Shown here piece after piece: positions 19,422 to 28,316 of a DNA stretch of 64,000 nucleotides. Every line of letters begins with the position of its first letter. The stretch's first letter is position 1. Below the pieces are notes generated by a model. It was not told where the DNA came from and ran no database searches. It saw nothing but the letters and a program-made list of their open reading frames with translations. Origin of the DNA: an uncultured virus (IMG/VR IMGVR_UViG_3300017714_000003) (lineage: Duplodnaviria; Heunggongvirae; Uroviricota; Caudoviricetes); IMG/VR virus record IMGVR_UViG_3300017714_000003; one strand, 5' to 3'. The position numbers and the translations under genes were made by a program.

Positions 19422-19456
19422 AATTTTAGTATACACTATTTCCAGACCATTGTAAA
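19422..19456 (-). promoter_or_regulatory. sigma70-type promoter, leaderless geometry
   Basis: TTTACA-17-TATACT-6 nt-ATG. Confidence 0.7.
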
Positions 19457-19768
19457 GTATGCGGCATCAGTTTCACTTTTAAAATACAGTTTCCCTTGAT
19501 AAGCAACATAATAATCTTCACAATGACTATTACACCAATCTACTAATTGAACTACATATCCAGCACCTGATACCAATAACTTTTCGTAATTAATATCATC
19601 ATGGGATAAGCAAGTCCATTTTAAAAACTCATAGTTTTCAAAGTCACTATGAAATTGTCTTAAATCTTTTGCTTTGCCTTGCAATGCTCTAAGCCTATCT
19701 AAACGACTTTTGACATTGGCATGTCGCATTAGTTCAGGCGTATTAATTAGTTCACCATTTTTAGCCAT
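19436..19768 (-). CDS. hypothetical protein
   Basis: GGAG RBS; promoter TTGACT-17-TATAAT at 19794-19822; C-terminal FKSETDAAYFTMVW. Confidence 0.7.
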   Translation of the reverse strand: MAKNGELINTPELMRHANVKSRLDRLRALQGKAKDLRQFHSDFENYEFLKWTCLSHDDINYEKLLVSGAGYVVQLVDWCNSHCEDYYVAYQGKLYFKSETDAAYFTMVWK

Positions 19769-19829
19769 AGGCTTTTCTCCAATATGTTGTGTAATTATAT
19801 ATTATTTTAGACTAATAGTCAATAGCTAA

Positions 19830-20114
19830 TTATTTGTCATGTATATGACAGTTGGTACCACCATATTTAATACAGACTGTTTTGAAATCTTTGTCTTGTG
19901 TCTTTTCTAAATGATGTGCTAATTCGTGTATAATAATACCTACGTGAATTATTTGATTATCATCATAATGAATATGACCTTCTCCACTAGTATAGTAATA
20001 GTACGCAGGTGTCCATTCATTTTCCATTTCCACAATTTTAGTGTTTGGACAATCATCTATTCCCATAATAACGCACAAAGCTAACTGAACGGCTTTGATA
20101 GTTTCAAATAACAT
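19830..20114 (-). CDS. small HExxH zinc-metallopeptidase-like protein
   Basis: IIIHELAHH; GAGGGAG RBS. Confidence 0.55.
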   Translation of the reverse strand: MLFETIKAVQLALCVIMGIDDCPNTKIVEMENEWTPAYYYYTSGEGHIHYDDNQIIHVGIIIHELAHHLEKTQDKDFKTVCIKYGGTNCHIHDK

Positions 20115-20137
20115 ATTTTCTCCCTCATAAAAAATAC

Positions 20138-20770
20138 TTACTTATAATCGTGATGGTCAGCATGGTTCCACCCCCACCATGCAAGGGGTTTTAGCAACTG
20201 TACATTTCTATGCACTCCGCCAATATGAGACAATGTATTTGTCAAACTGGCACTGTGAAAACTATACAGAACTCCTGGAGATAACGCAAAGAATAGCAAT
20301 CTTAAATCTATAAGAGCAATCACTAATACGATTGCAATATGCAAATAATACCAATGTTTGTGAACCCATTTTTGAAATTTACTTCTGGCAAAATCAGCAA
20401 GAAGTCTAGGATTGATATTTTGTGGTTCCCAATCTAAAAAGTATACACGTTTCCATCCTATATGATGTGGCGAGTGTGGATCTTTTTCTGTGTCTGTAAA
20501 TCTATGATGTTGTCTGTGTGAAGCACTGAATGATATTGGTGATCCTAATCCAGACGTTAATGACAGTAAAGTATAAAAATAACTTTTAAGATTGTCCTCG
20601 TATTTGCCATGAGCAAAATAATAATGAATAATATTATGTCCTACTACCCAAGCCCAAAACATTCCAAACAAAAATACTACGATAGCCCATGGCCATTGAA
20701 ACCCATACATCGCAATGCCTACTGCTAACGATACATGATGTAATAATATAAATATTTGGCTTTTGTTCAT
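20138..20770 (-). CDS. membrane fatty acid desaturase (acyl-CoA/delta-9-like)
   Basis: His boxes HYYFAH, HRQHHRFTDTEKDPHSP, NHADHH; TM helices. Confidence 0.85.
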   Translation of the reverse strand: MNKSQIFILLHHVSLAVGIAMYGFQWPWAIVVFLFGMFWAWVVGHNIIHYYFAHGKYEDNLKSYFYTLLSLTSGLGSPISFSASHRQHHRFTDTEKDPHSPHHIGWKRVYFLDWEPQNINPRLLADFARSKFQKWVHKHWYYLHIAIVLVIALIDLRLLFFALSPGVLYSFHSASLTNTLSHIGGVHRNVQLLKPLAWWGWNHADHHDYK

Positions 20771-21330
20771 ATCAGTTTTTCTCTTACTTCTTCAAATGGC
20801 ATATTTAAAATTCTTAATTTAAAAAGCATTCTATCTGTAGATGTTTGTTCTGGTACCATATGTTTCTTACTAACATTTATTAATGCATCTTTATAATAAA
20901 ATGTACCATCTTCTTCAAATACTATCGGAGTTTCTTCTCCTCTGAGTATAAAGTTTATAGCACAAGATGTACCAACATCAACATGCATCTTAACATTAGT
21001 GCCTACTTTTTGCGTAAAAAAGTTAGCCTCAATATCATTAGTGTCTAATCTCTCTTTAAATATAGAAAGTATTCTAGTAGTCTCTGGCATCTTAGTTAAC
21101 ATATCGGCATCAGCATTCATACTTGATTGCCAAGTATCTTGTCGCATCCACCAATCTTTATCTTCCTTGTTAAGATAATCAGAAAACTTTCTACCTTTTG
21201 CATCATAGCTACCTAACTGAACACGTTTTAATGTAACACGATTGATTGGTACAAACTGACAATGATTGCTTTCTTCTATTAGCTTATCTTTGTCAATATC
21301 AAAATCTATATTATGTATAGAATTATTCAC
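20767..21330 (-). CDS. 2OG-Fe(II) oxygenase/cupin-like protein
   Basis: MHVD..CAINF..LINVSKKHMV..DR pattern (HxD...H...R). Confidence 0.65.
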   Translation of the reverse strand: MNNSIHNIDFDIDKDKLIEESNHCQFVPINRVTLKRVQLGSYDAKGRKFSDYLNKEDKDWWMRQDTWQSSMNADADMLTKMPETTRILSIFKERLDTNDIEANFFTQKVGTNVKMHVDVGTSCAINFILRGEETPIVFEEDGTFYYKDALINVSKKHMVPEQTSTDRMLFKLRILNMPFEEVREKLI

Positions 21331-21931
21331 TAAAGTACTCCATCATTCGCTTACATGCATTATTATACGATACATCTTTTATTCTAAATTTAAGTAACAT
21401 TCTTTTCATATCTTGTTGTTTAGGTACACCGTGAAAGACGTTACAGATGTTAAGTAATGCGTTATCGTAGTTGTATTTATGTATAGATCCATCGTCTTCT
21501 CTGAACATAATTGGTGTATCTCCACCATCTATAATTAAGTTTATTGCACATTGAAACCCCATATCAATATGCATTGGAAAGTCTGAGTTTTGCTCTTGTA
21601 ATACAAAGAACGGTGTTATGTCTTTACTATCTAATATCTTAGCAAAATCATTAGTTAATCTTTTCATTTCTGGACAATCATCTTGATATTGATATTCATT
21701 GAATGCTCTTATTTTCAAAGTATCCATATTATCCCATTGCTCTTTATCTTTTAAATCATGATATGTAGGGAAAATATCTTCACCAGTTTCTCTGCCTGCA
21801 TTAACTTTTTCTAATAAATCGGTATTAACATTATGCAAAGAAGTATCATTACTTTCTTGCATCAACTTGTGTTCTTTTCTGAGTTGGTCCTTGTCAATTC
21901 GATAATCGAATTTGTATAAATGCTTTAACAT
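21323..21931 (-). CDS. 2OG-Fe(II) oxygenase/cupin-like protein, paralog of 20767-21330
   Basis: MHID..CAINL..LLNICNVFHGV..KR; start reassigned to ATG 21931. Confidence 0.65.
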   Translation of the reverse strand: MLKHLYKFDYRIDKDQLRKEHKLMQESNDTSLHNVNTDLLEKVNAGRETGEDIFPTYHDLKDKEQWDNMDTLKIRAFNEYQYQDDCPEMKRLTNDFAKILDSKDITPFFVLQEQNSDFPMHIDMGFQCAINLIIDGGDTPIMFREDDGSIHKYNYDNALLNICNVFHGVPKQQDMKRMLLKFRIKDVSYNNACKRMMEYFSE

Positions 21932-21949
21932 TGGCGCATTTCCCGGGAC

Positions 21950-21979
21950 GATAAATAGATGTACATAAACATATTTATT
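21950..21979. promoter_or_regulatory. overlapping divergent late promoters
   Basis: GATAAATA (+) 21950-21957 and AATAAATA (-) 21972-21979. Confidence 0.6.
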
Positions 21980-21994
21980 AAGGTACAAAACTAT

Positions 21995-22933
21995 ATGCTT
22001 CATAAACTCTTTAATTATGAGATTACAGAACCAGAAGAAAATACGTTTGTAGATATATGTGCAGATATCACGCATAAATGCAACATGACTTGTAAGAACT
22101 GTTATATACCTAGCAGAGAACCACCTGATATGGACTTAGATAGATTTAAGGATTTCATGGATAGGCTTGGTGGTCGAGCATTTGTACGTATTATCGGTGC
22201 AGAACCTACAATGTCTCCTAACTGTGCAAATTTTATTCGTGCAGTATATGAGCATGGACGTACCAATGGTAGAAAGCATAGTTGTACTTTAGTAACAAAT
22301 GGATTAAGATTATCACGTCCAAAATATTTAAATACTTTAATTGAAGCAGGATTACGTAGTGTAACTTTAAGTTTGAATGGAGTAGATAACGATGATTGGT
22401 ATGAACAAATCGATGAACTACGTTGTGCAACTAAAAAACTAAAAGCACTTCGTAATATCGTAGATAGAAAAATGAATTTGAATACTGGTACTATTATTAT
22501 TCCAGAGATTAATTATGAAGCACCAGCAAGATTAAAAGAACTTATAGAGAAAGAAAAGATAAACAACGTAATGATGAGAATTAAAAACGTTGGACAATTA
22601 GGTAGATATCAGAAAGACAAAGACGGTAACATTAAATTAGAAGGGCTAGTAAAACTATGTGCAGACCAATTTAATGTCTCTGAGGACTATATTTGGAGCT
22701 TTCACGGTGTACCTTACTACAATAAGTTTAGCGAAAAGAACACTATTTTATTCCCACTGAAGGAAGGAAATAAACTTCTAAATAGAGGAAGATGGGTAAA
22801 AATTACTAATTGGGATACTGACAATGAAGGTGGTATTCCAGACCCAGGTAGCAAAAGAAGAGGACGTATTACACAAGACTTCAAACTTGCACCATTTTAC
22901 GAACACACAAAAGAGAATGAAGGCGGCTATTAA
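21995..22933 (+). CDS. radical SAM enzyme (MoaA/PqqE-like core)
   Basis: CNMTCKNC, IIGAEPT, VTNG, LSLNG; start at 21995 after AAGGT. Confidence 0.88.
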   Translation: MLHKLFNYEITEPEENTFVDICADITHKCNMTCKNCYIPSREPPDMDLDRFKDFMDRLGGRAFVRIIGAEPTMSPNCANFIRAVYEHGRTNGRKHSCTLVTNGLRLSRPKYLNTLIEAGLRSVTLSLNGVDNDDWYEQIDELRCATKKLKALRNIVDRKMNLNTGTIIIPEINYEAPARLKELIEKEKINNVMMRIKNVGQLGRYQKDKDGNIKLEGLVKLCADQFNVSEDYIWSFHGVPYYNKFSEKNTILFPLKEGNKLLNRGRWVKITNWDTDNEGGIPDPGSKRRGRITQDFKLAPFYEHTKENEGGY

Positions 22934-22934
22934 A

Positions 22935-23171
22935 ATGAGCAGAACACTAAAGGCACTAAAAGAAATTACACTTGACAGGGCAGAGGTTGAACTAACTGAT
23001 GAGTTTATCGAATCAGGTCAACCATTTAAAGACATTGGCGTTGATTCGTTAGATAGTATTGAAATTCTAGTTACACTAGAAGACGAGTTAGATATCGAAT
23101 TAGACAACCAAAGACTAGACGAAATTAAAAACGTTAAAGATTTAGTGGAGTATCTAGCGGAGTATGATTAA
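22935..23171 (+). CDS. acyl carrier protein
   Basis: 78 aa, acidic, DIGVDSLDSIEILVTLEDELDI..IKNVKDLVEYL with the phosphopantetheine Ser. Confidence 0.9.
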   Translation: MSRTLKALKEITLDRAEVELTDEFIESGQPFKDIGVDSLDSIEILVTLEDELDIELDNQRLDEIKNVKDLVEYLAEYD

Positions 23172-24193
23172 TGAAAATTAAACTACTCGATTTAGATATA
23201 GACCTAAACGATGAACTTGATTTATACTTTTTACACGAAAAACTAGTATATGAAAAATATATAGAGTTACGTAATATAAAAAGTAGCGATATCTACACTA
23301 AGATTTATAAAAAAGATGTAGTAGATACTTACACCCAAAAAGCAAGAACAGGTAGTTGGGATATTCATTCCGACATGGTATATCAATATGATACTGATAA
23401 GTTTGAAAATGTCAGTGAAGATTATACTATGTGTTGGAAGAAAACTGACAAAGATTTTGATAAACTAATAATTCACTTTACAAGTTATGCAGGACATGAA
23501 GGTAGATTGACAAGTCCACTAACAAACGTAAGTGAGAAAATTGTAAACTTAGATACTGACTTGTTGATTGTAAATGAAGACCCATTACGATATCCTGAGT
23601 CTTTATATCCTAGTGCAATGGTATTAGGTGTAAGTAAAAAGAACGATACACAAGAAAAGATGTGTAATCAGATAAGAGAATATGTTAAGAAAAAATACAA
23701 GCACGTAATAATATACGCAGACTCTAAACATGCCGGTAGTGCATTAAGTGTCGCATATCATCTAAGTGATATAGTAACAAACGTATTAACTACAGCCGGT
23801 CAAGCAACATATTCTTGGGAACATTCTCCTTGGATTAAATCTTATTTCAAATGGTTTAATAGACCATCGCACCTTGAAGAACAAAAGCTAGATATGATTA
23901 ATGTTGCAATTATGCATATGGTAAAATGTTGGGGATTTAAAAAGTTAAATATTGATAATAAGATATTAGACCCATACAGATACTTAGATGCATATCCTAA
24001 TATCAAAGTAGACTATCTATATGGTAAGTATGATACTGAGTATGTTGGATTTGCTGATTATGTTAAGCAGTTTAAGTTTGATAATTTAAATGTACAAGAA
24101 ATAGACTATAAGATTTCAGATTTTCAAACACACAATATAAGACCTTACGTAGATAGAAAATTACTTTCTAACTACATTAACGATTTAACATAG
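23171..24193 (+). CDS. alpha/beta-hydrolase-like protein (possible acyltransferase/thioesterase)
   Basis: KLIIHFTSYAG, VIIYADSKHAGSAL (atypical elbow), YLYGKYD, C-terminal THN; TAATG-coupled to ACP. Confidence 0.5.
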   Translation: MKIKLLDLDIDLNDELDLYFLHEKLVYEKYIELRNIKSSDIYTKIYKKDVVDTYTQKARTGSWDIHSDMVYQYDTDKFENVSEDYTMCWKKTDKDFDKLIIHFTSYAGHEGRLTSPLTNVSEKIVNLDTDLLIVNEDPLRYPESLYPSAMVLGVSKKNDTQEKMCNQIREYVKKKYKHVIIYADSKHAGSALSVAYHLSDIVTNVLTTAGQATYSWEHSPWIKSYFKWFNRPSHLEEQKLDMINVAIMHMVKCWGFKKLNIDNKILDPYRYLDAYPNIKVDYLYGKYDTEYVGFADYVKQFKFDNLNVQEIDYKISDFQTHNIRPYVDRKLLSNYINDLT

Positions 24194-24966
24194 TCTTTCA
24201 TTTCTTTAATTATTTCTGGATTACTATATTCTGTCTTTTTTAAAAGACGTTGAGTATGCCAATTTAGTAACTCCATCTTTTCCATGTTATACATATCTTG
24301 GTAATAAAGAAAACGTTCTCTATCAACATCGCCAAACTGTACTATATCTTTTGGTGAAATATCATCTACATCATGTAGCATGAAACGTTTTTCATCGGGT
24401 ATTATTTTTAGAGCAAGTGCTTGTTTGTCTGCATGTAGTTTAAATAATTCTAAAAAATTTTCCATATTATTTTCTGTATGCATCTTACTTGTATAATACT
24501 CATTACATGCAACTTTGAATATAGATTCAAACTCTAAAGGCACTGCCAAAAACAGTGTGTTTGTTTTAGTAAAATCATTTACAAGTGTTCTATAATGTTC
24601 TTTGCTATCTGGTTGTCTGTTCTGTACAAGTCTTGGGTGTGTATTGAATAAGACTTTAGTTGGTTTCATTTCGTCAAAGTGAGGGCGAAAATCTTCTATC
24701 ATATGTGAAAGCATAAACTCATTATACTTTTCTACAAACTCATATCCACCACCTCTTAAACTTAGCGAATATCTATTTCTTTTTACTAAAGCATAATCAA
24801 CAGACCAATATCTCCATTGGTCTTTTAACTCATAATCATCATAAAACCCTTTTACTGAATATGATATAAGACCTGATATATAGTCTCCATATGTTCCAGC
24901 AAAGTATTCTAGCAAGTAAGTTTTTTGTGGTAATACGTCTATTTTTCCCACGGAAATGTTACCCAA
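24172..24966 (-). CDS. hypothetical protein (possible sulfotransferase/P-loop-like N-terminus)
   Basis: YFAGTYGDYI motif; converges on the hydrolase gene. Confidence 0.45.
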   Translation of the reverse strand: MGNISVGKIDVLPQKTYLLEYFAGTYGDYISGLISYSVKGFYDDYELKDQWRYWSVDYALVKRNRYSLSLRGGGYEFVEKYNEFMLSHMIEDFRPHFDEMKPTKVLFNTHPRLVQNRQPDSKEHYRTLVNDFTKTNTLFLAVPLEFESIFKVACNEYYTSKMHTENNMENFLELFKLHADKQALALKIIPDEKRFMLHDVDDISPKDIVQFGDVDRERFLYYQDMYNMEKMELLNWHTQRLLKKTEYSNPEIIKEMKDYVKSLM

Positions 24967-25442
24967 TTTTCGTCTTCTGAATATAATTCTTCATAGTAGT
25001 AATCAGTATCAACAATAGAATTTGGATCCATAATAAGTGAAGCAAACTTAACATTATTGTGCCAAACACTTTCCCAAGTTAATGTATCATTGGGTAAGCA
25101 ACCTTCTTTCCAATCATTCATAAGCCATGCAAGAGCATCACCGCCACGATTAATATCATCAATAACTAATATATTTTTTTGTTTATCTTTGTAACCAAAG
25201 GCATCTTCTGCCATCCAACAATTACTTTCTGTATTTTCTTCAAGTCCTTCTGTACCAAGTTGTATTGAAAGTGTATGCATTGGAATATTAGTCATATGAG
25301 ATAACATAACTGCTGGTATTAATCCACCTCTAGTTATACCAACAATATAATCCGGTCTCCATTCACTTTGATACATTTGCATTGCTATATGTTGAATAGC
25401 TTTATCTACTTTAATCCAATCATAATCAATGGTTTTCATCAT
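24939..25442 (-). CDS. type I phosphoribosyltransferase (xanthine-guanine PRT-like)
   Basis: IVGITRGGLIPAVMLSH, ILVIDDINRGG, WVTFPWE. Confidence 0.88.
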   Translation of the reverse strand: MMKTIDYDWIKVDKAIQHIAMQMYQSEWRPDYIVGITRGGLIPAVMLSHMTNIPMHTLSIQLGTEGLEENTESNCWMAEDAFGYKDKQKNILVIDDINRGGDALAWLMNDWKEGCLPNDTLTWESVWHNNVKFASLIMDPNSIVDTDYYYEELYSEDENWVTFPWEK

Positions 25443-25947
25443 CGTCCTCCGGTCCAGGAGAATTTAGAAATGCATCTGCAATTTTATATTGTTCATATAT
25501 ATCTGCAAGTACTTTATATTTTTCTAAAGTTTTTTCATCAGGCTTTTCTAAAACTTTTAATCTTTTTGAAATGCTATCTACTTGTTCAATTACTTCGCTC
25601 ATTTTTCTTTCTTCGCCATTGACTGTCACATGTAAATCTGGTTCTACATCTTCAAACTGATATCCACTTCCACCTAATGTCAAAGTAGAAGGCGATGTTG
25701 TATATGTGTAATCACCTGCCACAGACAATGTGTCATGCATAGTAGTTGTTATAGTAGTTGAGTTAGAAACATCTAAATCTAAACTATCACCCATATCTAA
25801 TGTTAAGTGGTTGTCTTCTTCTTTTTTCCAAGTTTGTATTTCGTTATATTCTTCTAATAATTCTTTTTCAGTTTCTCCAAACTTTCTTCTAGTCACAGTT
25901 TTTCCTCCATCTGGGCTTTCATAGATATATTTTTCTTTACTTGTCAT
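25426..25947 (-). CDS. hypothetical protein
   Basis: start reassigned to ATG 25947 (GAGG RBS); YIYESPDGGKTVTRR. Confidence 0.65.
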   Translation of the reverse strand: MTSKEKYIYESPDGGKTVTRRKFGETEKELLEEYNEIQTWKKEEDNHLTLDMGDSLDLDVSNSTTITTTMHDTLSVAGDYTYTTSPSTLTLGGSGYQFEDVEPDLHVTVNGEERKMSEVIEQVDSISKRLKVLEKPDEKTLEKYKVLADIYEQYKIADAFLNSPGPEDDDENH

Positions 25948-26140
25948 TTTTGTCCTCTTTAACTTTTTTAAGAGACCAACTTTTGTCAGGATTTTCAATC
26001 CATTCCAACTCATCATCGTCACTCCAACCTAGACTTCTAATAACGTCTTGTGGTAGAACAAAATAACATTCCTTTGTATCAGGATCTTCCTGTATTTCTA
26101 CTATCCTTGAAGTCGCTTTTGTTACCTTTTTAGTTGCCAT
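25937..26140 (-). CDS. AbrB/MazE/SpoVT-like DNA-binding protein
   Basis: FVLPQDVIRSLGWSDDDELEW; ATG 26140 after GGAG. Confidence 0.65.
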   Translation of the reverse strand: MATKKVTKATSRIVEIQEDPDTKECYFVLPQDVIRSLGWSDDDELEWIENPDKSWSLKKVKEDKNDK

Positions 26141-26141
26141 A

Positions 26142-26315
26142 TTATCTCCGTAAAAATCTTTTAGCCGCATCGATAGGATTTCTTAATCCTTCGTATGTGT
26201 TGTCAATGAACTCTATATGTTTACTTAGCTTTGCATTTAGTTCATCTAAACTTTTTTGTAATTTATCTACCTTTTTTTCTACTTGTTCAATTCTTTTTGT
26301 AATGTCTTCACTCAT
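26142..26315 (-). CDS. 57-aa coiled-coil protein (not in ORF track)
   Basis: MSEDITKRIEQVEKKVDKLQKSLDELNAKL...; fills the gap between neighbours exactly. Confidence 0.7.
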   Translation of the reverse strand: MSEDITKRIEQVEKKVDKLQKSLDELNAKLSKHIEFIDNTYEGLRNPIDAAKRFLRR

Positions 26316-26316
26316 T

Positions 26317-26988
26317 TTAAATACCTGCTTTCTCTAGAATCTCTTTTACAAAAATAACATCGTCTTTTCTGACCTCAAACTTTCTTGTCCAGAAAGTAGG
26401 CTCAAGATATTCATTAATCAAATTTAACTCATGGTCATTGAAACTATTTAAAAGTTCAGTACCAGACATAGAATTAAAAATAATCCAAGGGCTAATGCGT
26501 CCGGATTTGATCCAGTGTATAGCACGTGGCTTACTAATCTCCCTAAAGAATACATTAAACGGTCTATCATTTTCCATTCCCCATTGTTGCATCAATAAGA
26601 TGCCTCTTTCAACTGCACGTTCGGCTGTCTCTTTTTTATTTAGTTCTCTGATATAAGTTTCATAAACAGTATCAGAACACCATTTATCCAGCTTTACGCC
26701 GCTTGTTATAACAAAATCTATAAACTTTTCTGGGTCTATAGCATTTACTTCTATAATATATTTACCAAACTTTGTAAATGCAGTATAATAATTGCTTTTA
26801 GAAAAGTCTTCGTATGTTCTTTGTTTTGTGCCTCTTTGAGATATTTCATAAAAACGATTATATGCAAGAAATCCTAATCTTACATATTTTGAATCTTTGT
26901 TTGTAAATCTTCTTTTCTGTTCGCACATATGGGCAATAAGAGTCTTTTCTCTCTTAAAACTTTTTCCACAAAATTTACATTCAAACAT
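26317..26988 (-). CDS. hypothetical protein with N-terminal zinc finger
   Basis: MFECKFCGKSFKREKTLIAHMC; start placed after the tRNA. Confidence 0.75.
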   Translation of the reverse strand: MFECKFCGKSFKREKTLIAHMCEQKRRFTNKDSKYVRLGFLAYNRFYEISQRGTKQRTYEDFSKSNYYTAFTKFGKYIIEVNAIDPEKFIDFVITSGVKLDKWCSDTVYETYIRELNKKETAERAVERGILLMQQWGMENDRPFNVFFREISKPRAIHWIKSGRISPWIIFNSMSGTELLNSFNDHELNLINEYLEPTFWTRKFEVRKDDVIFVKEILEKAGI

Positions 26989-27001
26989 AGACTTCTCTTT
27001 C

Positions 27002-27078
27002 TGGCGGACCCGAGAGGATTCGAACCTCTGACCTCCTGTTTCGTAGACAGGCGTTCTATCCAGCTGAACTACGGGTCC
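27002..27078 (-). tRNA. tRNA-Arg (anticodon ACG), CCA encoded
   Basis: GGACCCG/CGGGTCC acceptor stem, D-arm AGTTCAGCTGGATAGAAC, anticodon arm CCTGT-CTACGAA-ACAGG, GGTTCGAATCC, 3' GCCA. Confidence 0.95.
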
Positions 27079-27092
27079 GTTTATCTCAACCA

Positions 27093-27323
27093 CTAAACAT
27101 CTTTAACGCCTACGTATTTTCCATTTTCTACACCTACATAGGTAGATGAAGAAAACATATTAACACCTGTCTTAACTTCATTTAAAAGTTCTTCTACTCT
27201 ATCCTCTAATACGCCGATAGTAGTATGTATGTGACCAGTGTCATGTGGTTGAATTCTTAATTTTTGTACCTCGATTTCACTTACGAGTATTTTAATTGTT
27301 GTTACTAGTTCGTCATTTGTCAT
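27093..27323 (-). CDS. hypothetical protein
   Basis: QPHDTGHIHTTIGVLEDRV; ATGA-coupled. Confidence 0.65.
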   Translation of the reverse strand: MTNDELVTTIKILVSEIEVQKLRIQPHDTGHIHTTIGVLEDRVEELLNEVKTGVNMFSSSTYVGVENGKYVGVKDV

Positions 27324-27802
27324 TTCTTTTTCCTTTTTTTCGTTTTACCAAAAATTTCATCAAACTCTTTATCAGTCATTCCAGTATCTCTTGCCATTTG
27401 TTTTATATCATCATCAGAATTCAACTGTCTAAACAATTCAATTTCATCACCTTTCATGTGAGGATATGTTTGTGATATAAACTGAGATATTGTATCTGTC
27501 TTGATACGTGAGTTTGGCGGTTTTATATACTCATGGAATTGATTTTTTCCTGTAGATGTTAAGCAAAATAACTTCCACATCAAGTCTTCATGCTTATATA
27601 AATCTTTATAATACTTGTTTACAAATTCGTTTGTATTCAACAGAACTTCATCTTTATCTTTACCTTTGGCACTACTTGCATATCTGAGAAATAACCAACT
27701 TGAAAATTGTTTCTTTTTCTCATCATCAAGATTCGAATACCAATTAAAATCACGGCGATCCATTGCACCGAGAATTTCTTTTAATGGTATTTTTTCTGCC
27801 AT
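27320..27802 (-). CDS. probable clamp loader small subunit (T4 gp62-like)
   Basis: size, FSSWLFLRYAS, NEFVN, basic C-terminus; replication context. Confidence 0.5.
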   Translation of the reverse strand: MAEKIPLKEILGAMDRRDFNWYSNLDDEKKKQFSSWLFLRYASSAKGKDKDEVLLNTNEFVNKYYKDLYKHEDLMWKLFCLTSTGKNQFHEYIKPPNSRIKTDTISQFISQTYPHMKGDEIELFRQLNSDDDIKQMARDTGMTDKEFDEIFGKTKKRKKK

Positions 27803-27812
27803 TGTTTACTCC

Positions 27813-28316
27813 TTAAAAAAAGTCATAACTGTTTAATACGTCTGGTATTCTATTCAAGTCTTTTACAAAATATGCACACTTTGGTTTTGGTCCATGCTCT
27901 AATGGTATAACTAATATATGACCATATTTGAGTTTTGGAAAAAACCATTTTACATCTGCAAATACATTGTTTACTTTTATGTCTTCCCATCCCATTGTAA
28001 AGCCTGCGAGAGGATTTGTCAAGATAGTTTGAAAAGGTCTTTCATTAATACTTGTTAATGGAATAAATTCTAGTTGTCCCATATCTGGATCCCCAATAAG
28101 AATATTCCAATCGATTGGCATTTCTATTGTCCAAGGACCTATACTTAAGTTAATACTAGGTGCGTTAAATGTTTCAATGAATACTAACGGTATAAAAAAG
28201 AAATCTGGTTCATTCTTATCCGTTACATCCATTACACAATATCTTATGTCTTCAATCTCGTTTTCTGGAAGAGAATTCATTTCATAACATATGTTTTCTG
28301 GTGTTAAAATTTTCAT
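27813..28316 (-). CDS. hypothetical protein
   Basis: DFFFIPLVFIETFNAP, KWFFPKLK; TAATG-coupled to uvsW. Confidence 0.7.
   Translation of the reverse strand: MKILTPENICYEMNSLPENEIEDIRYCVMDVTDKNEPDFFFIPLVFIETFNAPSINLSIGPWTIEMPIDWNILIGDPDMGQLEFIPLTSINERPFQTILTNPLAGFTMGWEDIKVNNVFADVKWFFPKLKYGHILVIPLEHGPKPKCAYFVKDLNRIPDVLNSYDFF

Noticed and set aside
21995..22933. Radical SAM as the QueE partner of QueD
   Set aside because: Longer than typical QueE, lacks its N-terminal QGEG motif, and is linked to ACP rather than que genes
27002..27078. tRNA as a prophage attachment site
   Set aside because: No integrase, no duplicated tRNA end, phage genes on both sides
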